From contig JAISND010000129.1 of assembly GCA_031276615.1 (NCBI GenBank), positions 1 to 27,077 on the forward strand: a DNA stretch of 27,077 nt, given 5' to 3'. Under the pieces are notes generated by a model, which worked only from the letters and a program-made list of their open reading frames with translations, was not told the DNA's origin and searched no databases. Below are positions 18,414 through 27,077 of this stretch, in pieces. Position 1 is the stretch's first letter. Every line of letters begins with the position of its first letter. This DNA is from Treponema sp. GTDB taxonomy: Bacteria; Spirochaetota; Spirochaetia; Treponematales; Breznakiellaceae. The position numbers were made by a program, and so were the translations under genes.

Positions 18414-21173
18414 ATGAAAAAAGAAGGCGGGAAAAAAACAAAAAGGCCGGTCAGGATCGTCATTGCCTTTCTTCCTGTTCTTGCCGGCCTTCCCCTGCTG
18501 TGCGCGGCGCTCTCGCTTTTCGGCCGCGTCGATCCCGGCTCGCTTATCCCCGGTTCCTTCGTCCTGCGCGCGCGAATTCCCGGGCCTCTCCGTCTGGCCG
18601 AGGCCCTGGCAAACCACGGGCCCCTGCCCGAAATTCTGAACATACCGGGCCTTGCCCCCGCGGCGCCTGTCCTGGGCGCGCTCGGAAAACTGCCCTTCAA
18701 AAATCCCGTCCTGCGTTTCGCGGCCCGGGGAGACCTTGAGGCGGCCCTGTTCAGGGACGAAGCTCCGGCCGCGGGGGAACAGGCGGCGCCAGTGTTCATT
18801 GCCGCCTGGGACACGGGTTTCCTTTCCCCCCTGCTCCGTTTTCTGCCCTTTGCCTCAAGGTTTACCGCCATACCCGGGCTGTACGCCGTAAGGGGAAAGG
18901 AAAATTCCCGGCTTGAGTACCGCGCGGGCGGAAAAACCTTTTTTATCGGATACCGGCGGAACCTGCTTGTCCTCTGCGACAATCAGGCGGTTTTTGAATC
19001 GGCGGTCAGGGACGGCGGGGGGTTCCGGGGCGGTACGGGAAAGGCGCCCGGCGCGCCGGGAAACGGCGGCGATTATGACGCCGCGTTTCTGCTTTCCCCC
19101 GCGTATCTCCGCGCCGTCCTCGCGGAGCAGAATCCGGGCATTGCCGCGGTTCTTGAAAATATCGAATTAAACGAAAGCATGGAACTTTATCTTTCCGTCG
19201 CGGAAGAAAAAATCGATCTCCGCCTGGAGACGCGGATTTCTTCCCGCAGCCCCGTCCTGAGCCGGCTTCTTGAAAAACGATCCCCTGTTCCGGGCCTTGC
19301 GGAAATTCTGCCCGCCGCGACCCAGTACGGGACGATCCTTTCCGCGGGAAGCCTGGAAGAACTGTTCGCCGCGGCCGCCCTGTTTCCGGGGGCCGAATTC
19401 GAACCGGCCCTGCGCCGCGCCGGGGCTTCCTCCCGGTTCCTCCTGGGCATGGACATCGAGGAGCTGCTCTATTCCTGGACGGGAAACGAATTTGCCGTTT
19501 TCGCGCTGGAGGGGCGCCCCGCCCAGGTCTACGCGGTTCAAATAGCGGATGAACGGAAACGCCGTCATGTCTTTGACCGGGCATTCAGAACCATGGCGCC
19601 TGACGAAAATATCAGCATGAATCCGGACGGCACAGGAATTCCCCGTATGGAACTTCCCGGCTTTTTAAGGTCCCTGCCCGTCTTTCGGGATTTCCGCGTC
19701 CCCGCGCCCTGTTACACGGTACACGGGGATTACCTTTTTATAAGCGAATCCGCGGAAACGCTTCTCGCCGTGATCCGCTCCGCGCAGAAAAACGAGGTGC
19801 TTCCGAAAACGGCGCTCTGGCGGAATCTGGCGGGAAGCGGCGCGCCTGCCGGGGACAGCCGGGGCAGGTTCCGTTCGGACGGGAGCGCCGCCAGCGTCTT
19901 TTACTCCCTGGACCGGACCCTTCCCTTCTTCCTCCGGGAAAAGACCCTGCTGAGTTCCGTATTGGGAATATACCGGCGGGGCCTTGTCCGGCTTGGTTTT
20001 GAAAACGGCGCCGCCTTTCTCTCCCTCTCTCTGCTTTCCGGAGGCGGCGGCGGGCTTGTTCCCGTGCCCGGTTATCCCCTTGATCTCGCGGGGAATCCGG
20101 GGAACCAGGTATACGCGGCGGCCGGCGGCAGGGCCTCCGAAAACAGAATCCTCTTCTCCAGGGACAATTACGCCGTCGCGCTAAACCCGGGCGACAACAG
20201 CATATACGAATACGAAGGCCAGGGGCCCCTGTGGCTTGTCCCCGCGGCCGGCCTTGACCCAAAGAAGGCCGGGGACGGAACAGCCTGGGCGGTAAGCGTC
20301 CAGGGAAGGGTAAGCCTGTTGAACGGCAATATGGAAGTCCTGCGGGGCTTTCCCCTGCTTACCGGATTGAGGCTTTCCGCCCCTCCCGCCGCGCGGGGGG
20401 GCAGACTTTTCCTCTGCGACGAGGAAGGAAGGGTCTATACGGTTGATACGGACGGCCTCCTCAGCCCCTGGAAAACGGTTTTTCCCGCGGCCCTCCGTTC
20501 CCCCCCTTCCTTCCTTGACACTCCGGCCGAAGACGGGAAGCCGGGGGACAGGGACGCGGGGAAAGGAAAGGCGGGCCGCGTTCCTGACGCGGCGGTTTAC
20601 CCGAAAAGTTTCCTCGGCGAAATCTGGCTGCTTGATTCGGAAGGCGAAGCGCTGCCCGGCTGGCCCGTGCCGGTATCGGGCATCGCCTTCGGATCGGCGG
20701 CGGTCTTTGCGTATAACGGTGAAATCCTCACCGCCTTTGTCACCCAGGCCGGCGAGCTTTCGGTATTTGACGAAGGCGCCGTTTCCTCCGGCCCGTTCCC
20801 CCTGGAACTGGACGGCGTCTTTTTTATCCAGCCTGTTTTTGACGGCGAGTTCCTCTGGCTTGTCTCGGCCGGCGGCGTACTCTTCAGGGTAAGCCTTGAG
20901 GGAGTTGTTCTCCGCCAGTCCATCCCCGGCCTGACCGTAAAAGAAGAAGGCTTCCTCTCCGTCTTTGATTCCGGCGGCGACGGAATCCCCGAAATTTTTA
21001 TTTCCGGGGAAGGAAACGCCCTGTACGCCTGCACGCGGAATTTCGAATCCCTCAGCGGTTTCCCCCTGCCGATCCGGGGCAGGCCGGCCTTCGCCGACTT
21101 CAACGGGGACGGCAGGCCGGAAATAGCGGGCATAGGGATGGACAAAAAACTGTACAGATGGCAGTTCAGGTAG
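18414..21173 (+). CDS. Membrane-anchored hypothetical protein with C-terminal FG-GAP/VCBS-like beta-propeller repeats (919 aa)
   Basis: Basic N-terminus plus a hydrophobic segment; WTGNEFA (DUF3352-like, tentative); repeated GYPL/GFPL/GWPV/GFPL motifs; DSGGDGIPEIF and DFNGDGRPEIAG Ca-binding-type loops. Confidence 0.75.
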   Translation: MKKEGGKKTKRPVRIVIAFLPVLAGLPLLCAALSLFGRVDPGSLIPGSFVLRARIPGPLRLAEALANHGPLPEILNIPGLAPAAPVLGALGKLPFKNPVLRFAARGDLEAALFRDEAPAAGEQAAPVFIAAWDTGFLSPLLRFLPFASRFTAIPGLYAVRGKENSRLEYRAGGKTFFIGYRRNLLVLCDNQAVFESAVRDGGGFRGGTGKAPGAPGNGGDYDAAFLLSPAYLRAVLAEQNPGIAAVLENIELNESMELYLSVAEEKIDLRLETRISSRSPVLSRLLEKRSPVPGLAEILPAATQYGTILSAGSLEELFAAAALFPGAEFEPALRRAGASSRFLLGMDIEELLYSWTGNEFAVFALEGRPAQVYAVQIADERKRRHVFDRAFRTMAPDENISMNPDGTGIPRMELPGFLRSLPVFRDFRVPAPCYTVHGDYLFISESAETLLAVIRSAQKNEVLPKTALWRNLAGSGAPAGDSRGRFRSDGSAASVFYSLDRTLPFFLREKTLLSSVLGIYRRGLVRLGFENGAAFLSLSLLSGGGGGLVPVPGYPLDLAGNPGNQVYAAAGGRASENRILFSRDNYAVALNPGDNSIYEYEGQGPLWLVPAAGLDPKKAGDGTAWAVSVQGRVSLLNGNMEVLRGFPLLTGLRLSAPPAARGGRLFLCDEEGRVYTVDTDGLLSPWKTVFPAALRSPPSFLDTPAEDGKPGDRDAGKGKAGRVPDAAVYPKSFLGEIWLLDSEGEALPGWPVPVSGIAFGSAAVFAYNGEILTAFVTQAGELSVFDEGAVSSGPFPLELDGVFFIQPVFDGEFLWLVSAGGVLFRVSLEGVVLRQSIPGLTVKEEGFLSVFDSGGDGIPEIFISGEGNALYACTRNFESLSGFPLPIRGRPAFADFNGDGRPEIAGIGMDKKLYRWQFR

Positions 21174-21176
21174 GTA

Positions 21177-22325
21177 ATGATGAAAATTCGGCGATTGGGA
21201 ATGCCGGCGGCCGCGGCGGCGCTGTTTGCCGGCCTGCTGCTTTTTTTGCTTCCGGGCTGCCAGTCAATCCGGAAGGATGTTCCCGTCGAAAGTCCCGGGG
21301 AAGAACGGGAACCGGACATGGCGGAACTGGAACGGATGATCGTCGCCCTTGACAGTGAGGGGGAAGCGGCGGCGCGGCGGACAAAGGCGGCCGCCGCGCG
21401 GCTGATGATCGGGGACATGGAAAAGGAAGCCGCCGCGGACGCGGACCTCGAGGCGCGGCTTGCGGCCTGGTCGGGAAGGCTTTCCATTATCGAAGGCCGG
21501 TACAGCGAGGCCGTAAGGCAGCAAAAAATTTCCCGCTCCCTTTCGCCGGGCAATACCCCTTCGATAATTCTGGGTATCCGCCTTGAAGGGGATCCGGCCA
21601 GGCGGCTGGAACTGATTGACCGGGAGATCGGGATTCTGCCTGCCCGGACGCAGCGGGGCGCCGGGGAACTGCAGATTGAACGGGGAAGGGCCCTTTTTGA
21701 ACTTGGCCGTTTCGGCGAGGCGGCCGGCGCCTTTGACGCCGCCTTTGCCTCGGGGCTTGATCCCGTTTACCGGGAAACCTGGCTGTGGACAAGGGACAGG
21801 TCCCGGGAACTGCGAAACGCCGAGGGCTTCGGCGGCAGCATCGGGATTTTCGGGCGCGGCGGCCTGAGCTGGAAGGACTGCATAGGCCTCGCGAAAAACG
21901 AAACCCGGCTGCTGCGCTTCCTTACCGCGGGAAGGGACATGGACGAGGAAGAACTGTTCAACCGTCTCCTCGACCGCTCCTTTATCCCCTACACACAGGA
22001 CATCGGCCTGGACAACTGGCCCCGCGCCAAACCCGGCATCAATGACCCAATCTTCCGCTCCGGGGCGGCGTGGTTTGTCTGGCGCCTTTACGCGGAAGCG
22101 CGCGGAAACCGGGGCATCCTTACGCGCTACTCGGCGCGTTACGCTTCCGGAAGCAGCCCCCGCAGCCCCATAGCGGATCTTCCCCCGCTCTCCCCCTTTT
22201 TCGACTGCATCCTCGGCTGCGTCGAAACCGAATTTATGTCCCTTCCGGACGGCCGGAACTTCAGACCCGCCGAGCCTGTCCGGGGAACGGAAATGCTGGC
22301 CATGCTGAAAAAAGCGGAAAATTAG
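21177..22325 (+). CDS. Lipoprotein with TPR repeats and a C-terminal SLH-like motif (382 aa)
   Basis: Lipobox LLPG-C; TPR-like ERGRALFELGRFGEAAGAFDAA; C-terminal IADLPP...GCVETEFMSLPDGRNFRPAEPVRGTEML; starts 3 nt after the upstream stop. Confidence 0.7.
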   Translation: MMKIRRLGMPAAAAALFAGLLLFLLPGCQSIRKDVPVESPGEEREPDMAELERMIVALDSEGEAAARRTKAAAARLMIGDMEKEAAADADLEARLAAWSGRLSIIEGRYSEAVRQQKISRSLSPGNTPSIILGIRLEGDPARRLELIDREIGILPARTQRGAGELQIERGRALFELGRFGEAAGAFDAAFASGLDPVYRETWLWTRDRSRELRNAEGFGGSIGIFGRGGLSWKDCIGLAKNETRLLRFLTAGRDMDEEELFNRLLDRSFIPYTQDIGLDNWPRAKPGINDPIFRSGAAWFVWRLYAEARGNRGILTRYSARYASGSSPRSPIADLPPLSPFFDCILGCVETEFMSLPDGRNFRPAEPVRGTEMLAMLKKAEN

Positions 22326-22330
22326 AGTCT

Positions 22331-22356
22331 GCCCGCGAAGCCGGGAGCTTGCGGGC
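22331..22356. terminator. Hairpin between convergent genes
   Basis: gcccgcgaagc / gcttgcgggc with a 1-nt bulge; no U-tract. Confidence 0.35.
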
Positions 22357-23873
22357 TACCGTTTGAACTTCAGCGTTTCCAGGCTCGAATCGCCGCGGAT
22401 AAAGTTGAACCAGAGTTCCCGGTCGGTCTTTTCGCGGAGAAGCCTGTAGAACGCGGCAATATCCTTTACCTCTTCGCCGTTGATGCCGGTTATCCTGTCG
22501 TTTACCCTTAAACCGATGATGTCCGCGGGGCTGTTGCTTATCACGTTGCCGACAAAAAGGCCTTGGGCGTCTTTTTCCAGCTTGAGGGCATTGCGCAGTT
22601 CATCGGTAAGGGGCGCCACATAGACGCCGGGCCAGAGCTTCTTGTTGTCCGAAGCCACCTGATCGGTGCGCGCCTCAATGCGAACCTGGATTTCCCGGGA
22701 CACGCCGTCACGGATAAGCGCAAAGGCGGCGCGATCGCCGGGCTTGAGGTCGCCTACCATCATGGTAAGCTGGTTCATGCCGCGCGCTTCCCTGCCGTTT
22801 ACGCTGGTAATAAAATCGCCGGGACGTATGCCGCCCTTGTCGGCGGGGGAACCGAGGAAAACCTGCGAAGCCAGGGCGCCGCGCTTCCCTTCAAGCCCGA
22901 GGGCGGTGAGGGTTTCCTTGCCGGGATCGTTAAGGGACACGCCAAGCCAGCCGTAGCTGATGGACCCGGAACTGATAAATTCGTCGATGGAACGCTTCGC
23001 GTTGTTGATGGGAATGGCAAAGCCAAGCCCCACCGATCCGCCGCCGTTGTTGCTGGCGATCCAGGTGTTGATGCCGATCACTTCACCCCGGATATTGACA
23101 AGGGCGCCGCCGGAATTCCCCTGGTTGATGGGGGCGTCGGTCTGGATAAAGTCATTGATATTGCCGCCGGGGCCGCCGGTACGTCCCACGGCGCTCACAA
23201 TACCCATGGTAACCGAAAAGGAAAACTGCTCGCCCAGGGGATTCCCCATGGCAATTGCCCAGTCTCCTACTTTGACCATGTCGGAATTGCCCAGAACCGC
23301 CAGAGGATAGTGATCGCCGGTTTTGAACGACACCATCGCAAGGTCTTTTCGTTCGTCCTTGCCCACGAGTTCCGCCGGATATTCCTTGCCGTCCATGGTG
23401 GCAATGCGGATCTCGTTTGCCTCGCTGACCACATGGTTGTTGGTCAGGACATAATACTTCCCGTCCTGATTCCGGACAATAATCCCCGAACCCAGGCCCT
23501 GGGAGCGGAATTCCCTTTCCTGGCCCCCCCTGTCCTGGCCGTCGCCCCTGTCCCGGGGGCCAAAGAAAAATTCCCAGGGGATTCCGTTAAACTGGGGAAT
23601 CTGCTGCTTTCTGATCGACACGGTTTTAAGCTCCACCACCGAGGGGAGCACCCTGTCCGACACCGAATTGAAAGCGCTCTGGAGTCCCTCGGCCACCGCG
23701 AGGGCGTTTTCGGGGATAATTACCTGATTCACCTGGGCCTGGGCGGTTTTCTGCGACTTGGGAGTCGAGCAGGAAAAGGACAAAAAAGCCAGGGAAAACC
23801 CGAAAATCACCCCGATAAAGACCAGGTTGAAAATGAACAGATTCTTTGAGGAAAGTTTTGATAAAAAGTTCAT
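22356..23873 (-). CDS. htrA: Do/DegQ-family HtrA serine protease with two PDZ domains (505 aa)
   Basis: GLGSGII, TNNHVV (His), DERKDLA (Asp), IQTDAPINQGNSGG (Ser); two PDZ-like segments. Confidence 0.95.
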   Translation of the reverse strand: MNFLSKLSSKNLFIFNLVFIGVIFGFSLAFLSFSCSTPKSQKTAQAQVNQVIIPENALAVAEGLQSAFNSVSDRVLPSVVELKTVSIRKQQIPQFNGIPWEFFFGPRDRGDGQDRGGQEREFRSQGLGSGIIVRNQDGKYYVLTNNHVVSEANEIRIATMDGKEYPAELVGKDERKDLAMVSFKTGDHYPLAVLGNSDMVKVGDWAIAMGNPLGEQFSFSVTMGIVSAVGRTGGPGGNINDFIQTDAPINQGNSGGALVNIRGEVIGINTWIASNNGGGSVGLGFAIPINNAKRSIDEFISSGSISYGWLGVSLNDPGKETLTALGLEGKRGALASQVFLGSPADKGGIRPGDFITSVNGREARGMNQLTMMVGDLKPGDRAAFALIRDGVSREIQVRIEARTDQVASDNKKLWPGVYVAPLTDELRNALKLEKDAQGLFVGNVISNSPADIIGLRVNDRITGINGEEVKDIAAFYRLLREKTDRELWFNFIRGDSSLETLKFKR

Positions 23874-23885
23874 AATTACTCCTAT

Positions 23886-23907
23886 AAAAAGCGGCGGTAT
23901 CGCCGCT
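23886..23907 (-). terminator. Terminator-like hairpin immediately 5' of the htrA SD
   Basis: Minus strand AGCGGCG-ATAC-CGCCGCT-TTTT then ATAGGAGTAATTATG. Confidence 0.6.
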
Positions 23908-23921
23908 GGCGTTCAACCGGA

Positions 23922-23942
23922 CATTAACACGAAGTGTTAATG
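23922..23942. promoter_or_regulatory. Operator-like palindrome upstream of htrA
   Basis: cattaacac-gaa-gtgttaatg, perfect 9-bp arms. Confidence 0.5.
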
Positions 23943-24026
23943 ATTACTCCTGTTCAACCGCGTCCCGCTGCCGGGGCATTAATATAATTCTAGAACAGCC
24001 CGAATAGTTACACGCCGCCGCGTCCT

Positions 24027-24800
24027 TCAGGCCAGATCCTGATCCAGGGCATCGGTGAGAATTTCGGCCCTGTCGTGGATAAGGGCGACCGTGTGCTCCC
24101 AGTGGGCGGAAATTCTGTCATCCGCGGTAACCACGGTCCAGCCGTCGTCAAGGATGCCGACCTCACCGCTTCCCATGTTTATCATGGGCTCGATGGCGAT
24201 CACAAGGCCGTTGCACATGCGGGGGTTCGGCCCGTGGGGGTAATTGGGAACCTGGGGATCTTCGTGAAGGGCAAAGCCTACCCCGTGGCCGCAGAATTCG
24301 TGTACCACCCCGTAGCCCAGGGAAAGGGCATGCCCCTGTACCGCGCGGGACACCTGGAGGAGCCTGTCCCCGGCCTTCACCGCGGCGATTCCCCTGTAGA
24401 GGCAGTCCCTTGTGGCAACGTTAAGGGCGTGCGCCGCCCCGCTTACCCGCCCCGCTTCCACGCTCACCGCCTGATCGCTGATAAAGCCGTCAAGGTCTAT
24501 GCCGCAGTCCAGGGAGACCAGGTCTCCCTCCCGTATTTTCCGCCTTGAGGGAATGCCGTGGATCACCTCGTTGTTAATCGAAACGCAGATGGCCGCGGGA
24601 AAGGGATTCTTTGCCGGACCGTAGCCCAGAAACGCGGGCTTTCCGCCGGCCTTCTTTATCCAGTCCCGCGTCCAGCGGTCAATCTCAACTGTTTCCAGCC
24701 CCGGTTTTACCTGGGGCAAAAGCTCCCGGTACATGGCCGAAAGCATCTTGCAGGATTTTCTGATGCCGTCTATCTGCTTTTCGTTTTTCAGGCGTATCAT
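24027..24800 (-). CDS. map: Type I methionine aminopeptidase
   Basis: SINNEVIHGIP, DCG...SDQA, CGHGVG...HEDP, AIEPM, AHWEHT metal ligands. Confidence 0.97.
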   Translation of the reverse strand: MIRLKNEKQIDGIRKSCKMLSAMYRELLPQVKPGLETVEIDRWTRDWIKKAGGKPAFLGYGPAKNPFPAAICVSINNEVIHGIPSRRKIREGDLVSLDCGIDLDGFISDQAVSVEAGRVSGAAHALNVATRDCLYRGIAAVKAGDRLLQVSRAVQGHALSLGYGVVHEFCGHGVGFALHEDPQVPNYPHGPNPRMCNGLVIAIEPMINMGSGEVGILDDGWTVVTADDRISAHWEHTVALIHDRAEILTDALDQDLA

Positions 24801-25573
24801 AACACAAGTTCCCTTCTCAGGCGTTTTGTGTTGGGAAGGGCCGGATCCCTCTTGAGCGCCCCGGCGATAACCGCGCGGGCCGACGCGGAGTCTCCCATCA
24901 TGAGGAGGGTCTCCGCCATGGAACGCATCCAGCGCGCCTCGTCCCGCGGGGAAAAGCCGAGTTCCAGAAGGGTCTCCATACAGTCAAGCCAGGTTTCATC
25001 ATCGACCTGGGGCCTGAGGCGGAGACGGACCAGTTCCCTGAGGAAGGTTTCGATCTCTTCCATAAAATGTCTGAAATAGGGAAGCCGGCGCTCTTCCCGC
25101 ACGAGGACAACCAGCAGCCTGAAGGATTCGTAAAAGCACAGCCGTTTGCCCAGCTCCTCGGCAAGTATGAAAAGACAGTCCATCCAGTCTTCCCTGTCGA
25201 GGTAATTTTCCATGTGAAAATCGATCCCGCCGTTATTCCGCCAGACGCGTATCGCCTCGTCCTCTTCAAGGTGGAGGAGTTCAAAGAACACGAGCTTCGC
25301 CTGGCAGTCAGGGCTGTTCCCCTGTTCCCGCAGCCAGCTGCGGTAGTCAAACCCGACTTTTTCAATGAACCGGAAACAGGCCCGATCGTATTCAAAACGG
25401 CGCTCCCTGTCCGAGAGAACCTCGTAGGCGGTGAGGAGCCGGCGCATTCCCTCTTCGGCCGTTTTGCCCGCGATGTCGGGATGGAGCCGTTTTGCTTTTT
25501 CCCGAAAGGCTTTTTTTATTTCAGGGCCGGTGGCGTCCCGTTTCAGGCCCAGCAGATCGTAGTAATTGGTCAT
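24797..25573 (-). CDS. J-domain (DnaJ class C-like) protein with TPR-like C-terminus
   Basis: NYYDLLGL, RLHPD, AYEVLSD..RR.EYD; stop overlaps the map start (ATGA); start set at MTNYY because the 25588 start lies inside the upstream gene. Confidence 0.88.
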   Translation of the reverse strand: MTNYYDLLGLKRDATGPEIKKAFREKAKRLHPDIAGKTAEEGMRRLLTAYEVLSDRERRFEYDRACFRFIEKVGFDYRSWLREQGNSPDCQAKLVFFELLHLEEDEAIRVWRNNGGIDFHMENYLDREDWMDCLFILAEELGKRLCFYESFRLLVVLVREERRLPYFRHFMEEIETFLRELVRLRLRPQVDDETWLDCMETLLELGFSPRDEARWMRSMAETLLMMGDSASARAVIAGALKRDPALPNTKRLRRELVL

Positions 25574-25577
25574 CGCG

Positions 25578-25985
25578 TCAGGCGCCAATCCTCTTGCCTA
25601 TTGCTTCGGCATGGGAAGGGCCAAAGAGTACGTCGCTCCAGTTTACAAGCATTCCTTCTTTTTCCATTACCCGCATCAGGTTCGCGAGGGACCTTGCGGT
25701 AAAAAGTCCGCCCTTTTTCACAAAGGCGGCGCTTTTCTTTCCCCCGAGCCCGCTCCCCCCCGCGAGCATCTTCGGAAGCGCTTCGGAGATTTTCCCCGAA
25801 AAAAAGGAAACCGCTTCGGTAACAACCGCGATGTACTCATAGGCGGGAAGCCGGAGACCGTCCTCCGTCCAGGCGTCGACAATATCGACCCGGTGCCCCA
25901 TCGATTCCATGCCCCGGGCAAGGGATTTTACATACCCGGGGGGAGTTCCACGCGCCGCCGGCGCGCTGACAACCGCAATTCTCAT
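25578..25985 (-). CDS. Flavodoxin-like fold hypothetical protein (135 aa)
   Basis: MRIAVVS..., LARGMESMGHRVDIVD, YEYIAV, GKKSAAFV; no canonical SxTGNT FMN loop. Confidence 0.55.
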   Translation of the reverse strand: MRIAVVSAPAARGTPPGYVKSLARGMESMGHRVDIVDAWTEDGLRLPAYEYIAVVTEAVSFFSGKISEALPKMLAGGSGLGGKKSAAFVKKGGLFTARSLANLMRVMEKEGMLVNWSDVLFGPSHAEAIGKRIGA

Positions 25986-25991
25986 ATAATC

Positions 25992-26474
25992 TCAGGCCTG
26001 TTTGTAAATTTGATCAATGCTGGCTTCCTTGACAAGGAGAACGGAGCACTTGGCGCTCACCATGATTTCCCGGTGCGCGTGGGATATTATGTCACGGGCG
26101 CTGCGATCCTTCTCCCAGCCCCCAAGAACGATAAGATCGGCTTTTTTCTCGTCGGCCGCCGTAAGAATTTCCGTGTAAACGGCGCCTTTGCGTATCTCCC
26201 TTTCTATTTTGACGCCCTTGGCCCTGGCAAGTTCCTCCACAAAGGAAAGATAGCGCTCGCCGTTGGCCTCAAGGCTCTTTTCGTACTCGGTGCTTTCTTC
26301 CTGGATGAATATCTTGCTTAAAGTCAACTGTCTGATGGTGGCGATATCCACAACATAGACCGCCGTAAGTTTGCAATGGTACGTTTTGGCCATAACGATG
26401 GCGTACTTTGCCGCAAGAATGGACGCGTCCGAGCCGGTAATTACCGCAACAATGTTGGAGATAAGGGGTTTCAT
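25992..26474 (-). CDS. Universal stress protein (USP domain, 160 aa)
   Basis: NIVAVITGSDAS..A, LTAVYVVD, G....EIL..A....ADLIVLG, CSVLLVK. Confidence 0.9.
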   Translation of the reverse strand: MKPLISNIVAVITGSDASILAAKYAIVMAKTYHCKLTAVYVVDIATIRQLTLSKIFIQEESTEYEKSLEANGERYLSFVEELARAKGVKIEREIRKGAVYTEILTAADEKKADLIVLGGWEKDRSARDIISHAHREIMVSAKCSVLLVKEASIDQIYKQA

Positions 26475-27076
26475 AGTTCTCTGCCGGCCTTCCTTTTCAA
26501 AAGTTTACTGGTGAAGAAGGAATCCCTGTCCCTTTCTTCAAGCGCCGCCTCAATATACGCTTTTGTGTCCCGCGCGGCGGGAATAACCACCTTTTCCAGG
26601 GCGTTTACCCTGCGCTGGGTTTTGCGAACTTCCCTGGCAAGGCGCCAGGCGATGGTACGTACCGCCGCAAGTTCGGTACATATTTTCAGCATTTCGAAGA
26701 ATTCTAGCACGGTTTCATCACATTCCGCAAATGAATTTGCCGGGGAATATTTCAATTCCGCGGCCGGGAGCCGGATTTCCAGGCCCGGAAGTTTCATTCC
26801 GGCGGCGCTTACCTGCTTTTCCCGCAGCTCAAAACGGTAGCGGATGTTCCGGGAAAGCCGTTCCGCCCTCTCCCGGCCAACCACGATGAGCATCCGCTTG
26901 AGGGCGGGATAGGCGGTACCCATCCTTGCAAGCAGATCGCGTTCCAGGAGTTTTACCTGCTCCACCTTCCGCATCAGCTCCATGACAAGAATCTCCCGTT
27001 TCTGCTCAAGGAGATCGTAGCCTTCCCCGGCCGTGGCAAGCCGCTCCTTTACGCGAAGAAGGTTGCTCTTGGTGGG
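26471..27076 (-). CDS. atpD: V-type ATP synthase subunit D (5' partial)
   Basis: Upstream of the ORF-track start the frame reads PTKSNLLRVKERLATAGEGYDLLEQKREILVMEL; C-terminal KTQRRVNALEKVVIP...LEERDRDSF; overlaps the USP start by 4 nt. Confidence 0.93.
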   Translation of the reverse strand, partial: PTKSNLLRVKERLATAGEGYDLLEQKREILVMELMRKVEQVKLLERDLLARMGTAYPALKRMLIVVGRERAERLSRNIRYRFELREKQVSAAGMKLPGLEIRLPAAELKYSPANSFAECDETVLEFFEMLKICTELAAVRTIAWRLAREVRKTQRRVNALEKVVIPAARDTKAYIEAALEERDRDSFFTSKLLKRKAGREL

Positions 27077-27077
27077 G

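Noticed and set aside
18135-18982. Minus-strand ORFs 18135-18617 and 18326-18982
   Set aside because: Low-complexity Arg/Pro-rich translations overlapping the 919-aa gene and promoter region; shadow ORFs.
23874-24026. 6S RNA or a known riboswitch in the map-htrA gap
   Set aside because: No long closing duplex with a central bubble and no recognisable aptamer motif.

Overview
GC-rich window from a spirochaete (Treponema-like; inferred from RpoB/RpoC sequence, the Asn at RpoB position 531, and the tRNA-Thr-rpmG-tRNA-Trp-secE-nusG-rplKAJL-rpoBC order with no tuf). 1-2770 is a mobile-element graveyard: a multiply deleted IS3 with intact ends, and a frameshifted IS630 carrying a nested ~120-bp TA-flanked MITE. 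2967-5990 holds a probably leaderless Wzi-like outer-membrane protein, a CntK/HisR-like (histidine racemase family) enzyme and a vestigial amino-acid ABC binding-protein gene. 6085-18086 is the core transcription/translation cluster; its spacers contain hairpins, including a relative of the MITE end with compensatory changes, and a duplicated tRNA-Trp 3' end. 18414-22325 encodes an uncharacterised envelope pair (membrane-anchored beta-propeller protein and a TPR/SLH-like lipoprotein). 22356-27077 contains htrA and a tightly coupled V-ATPase D-USP-flavodoxin-like-J-domain-map operon. No CRISPR array, rRNA or defence system is visible. All family calls come from motif recognition by eye, not from searches.
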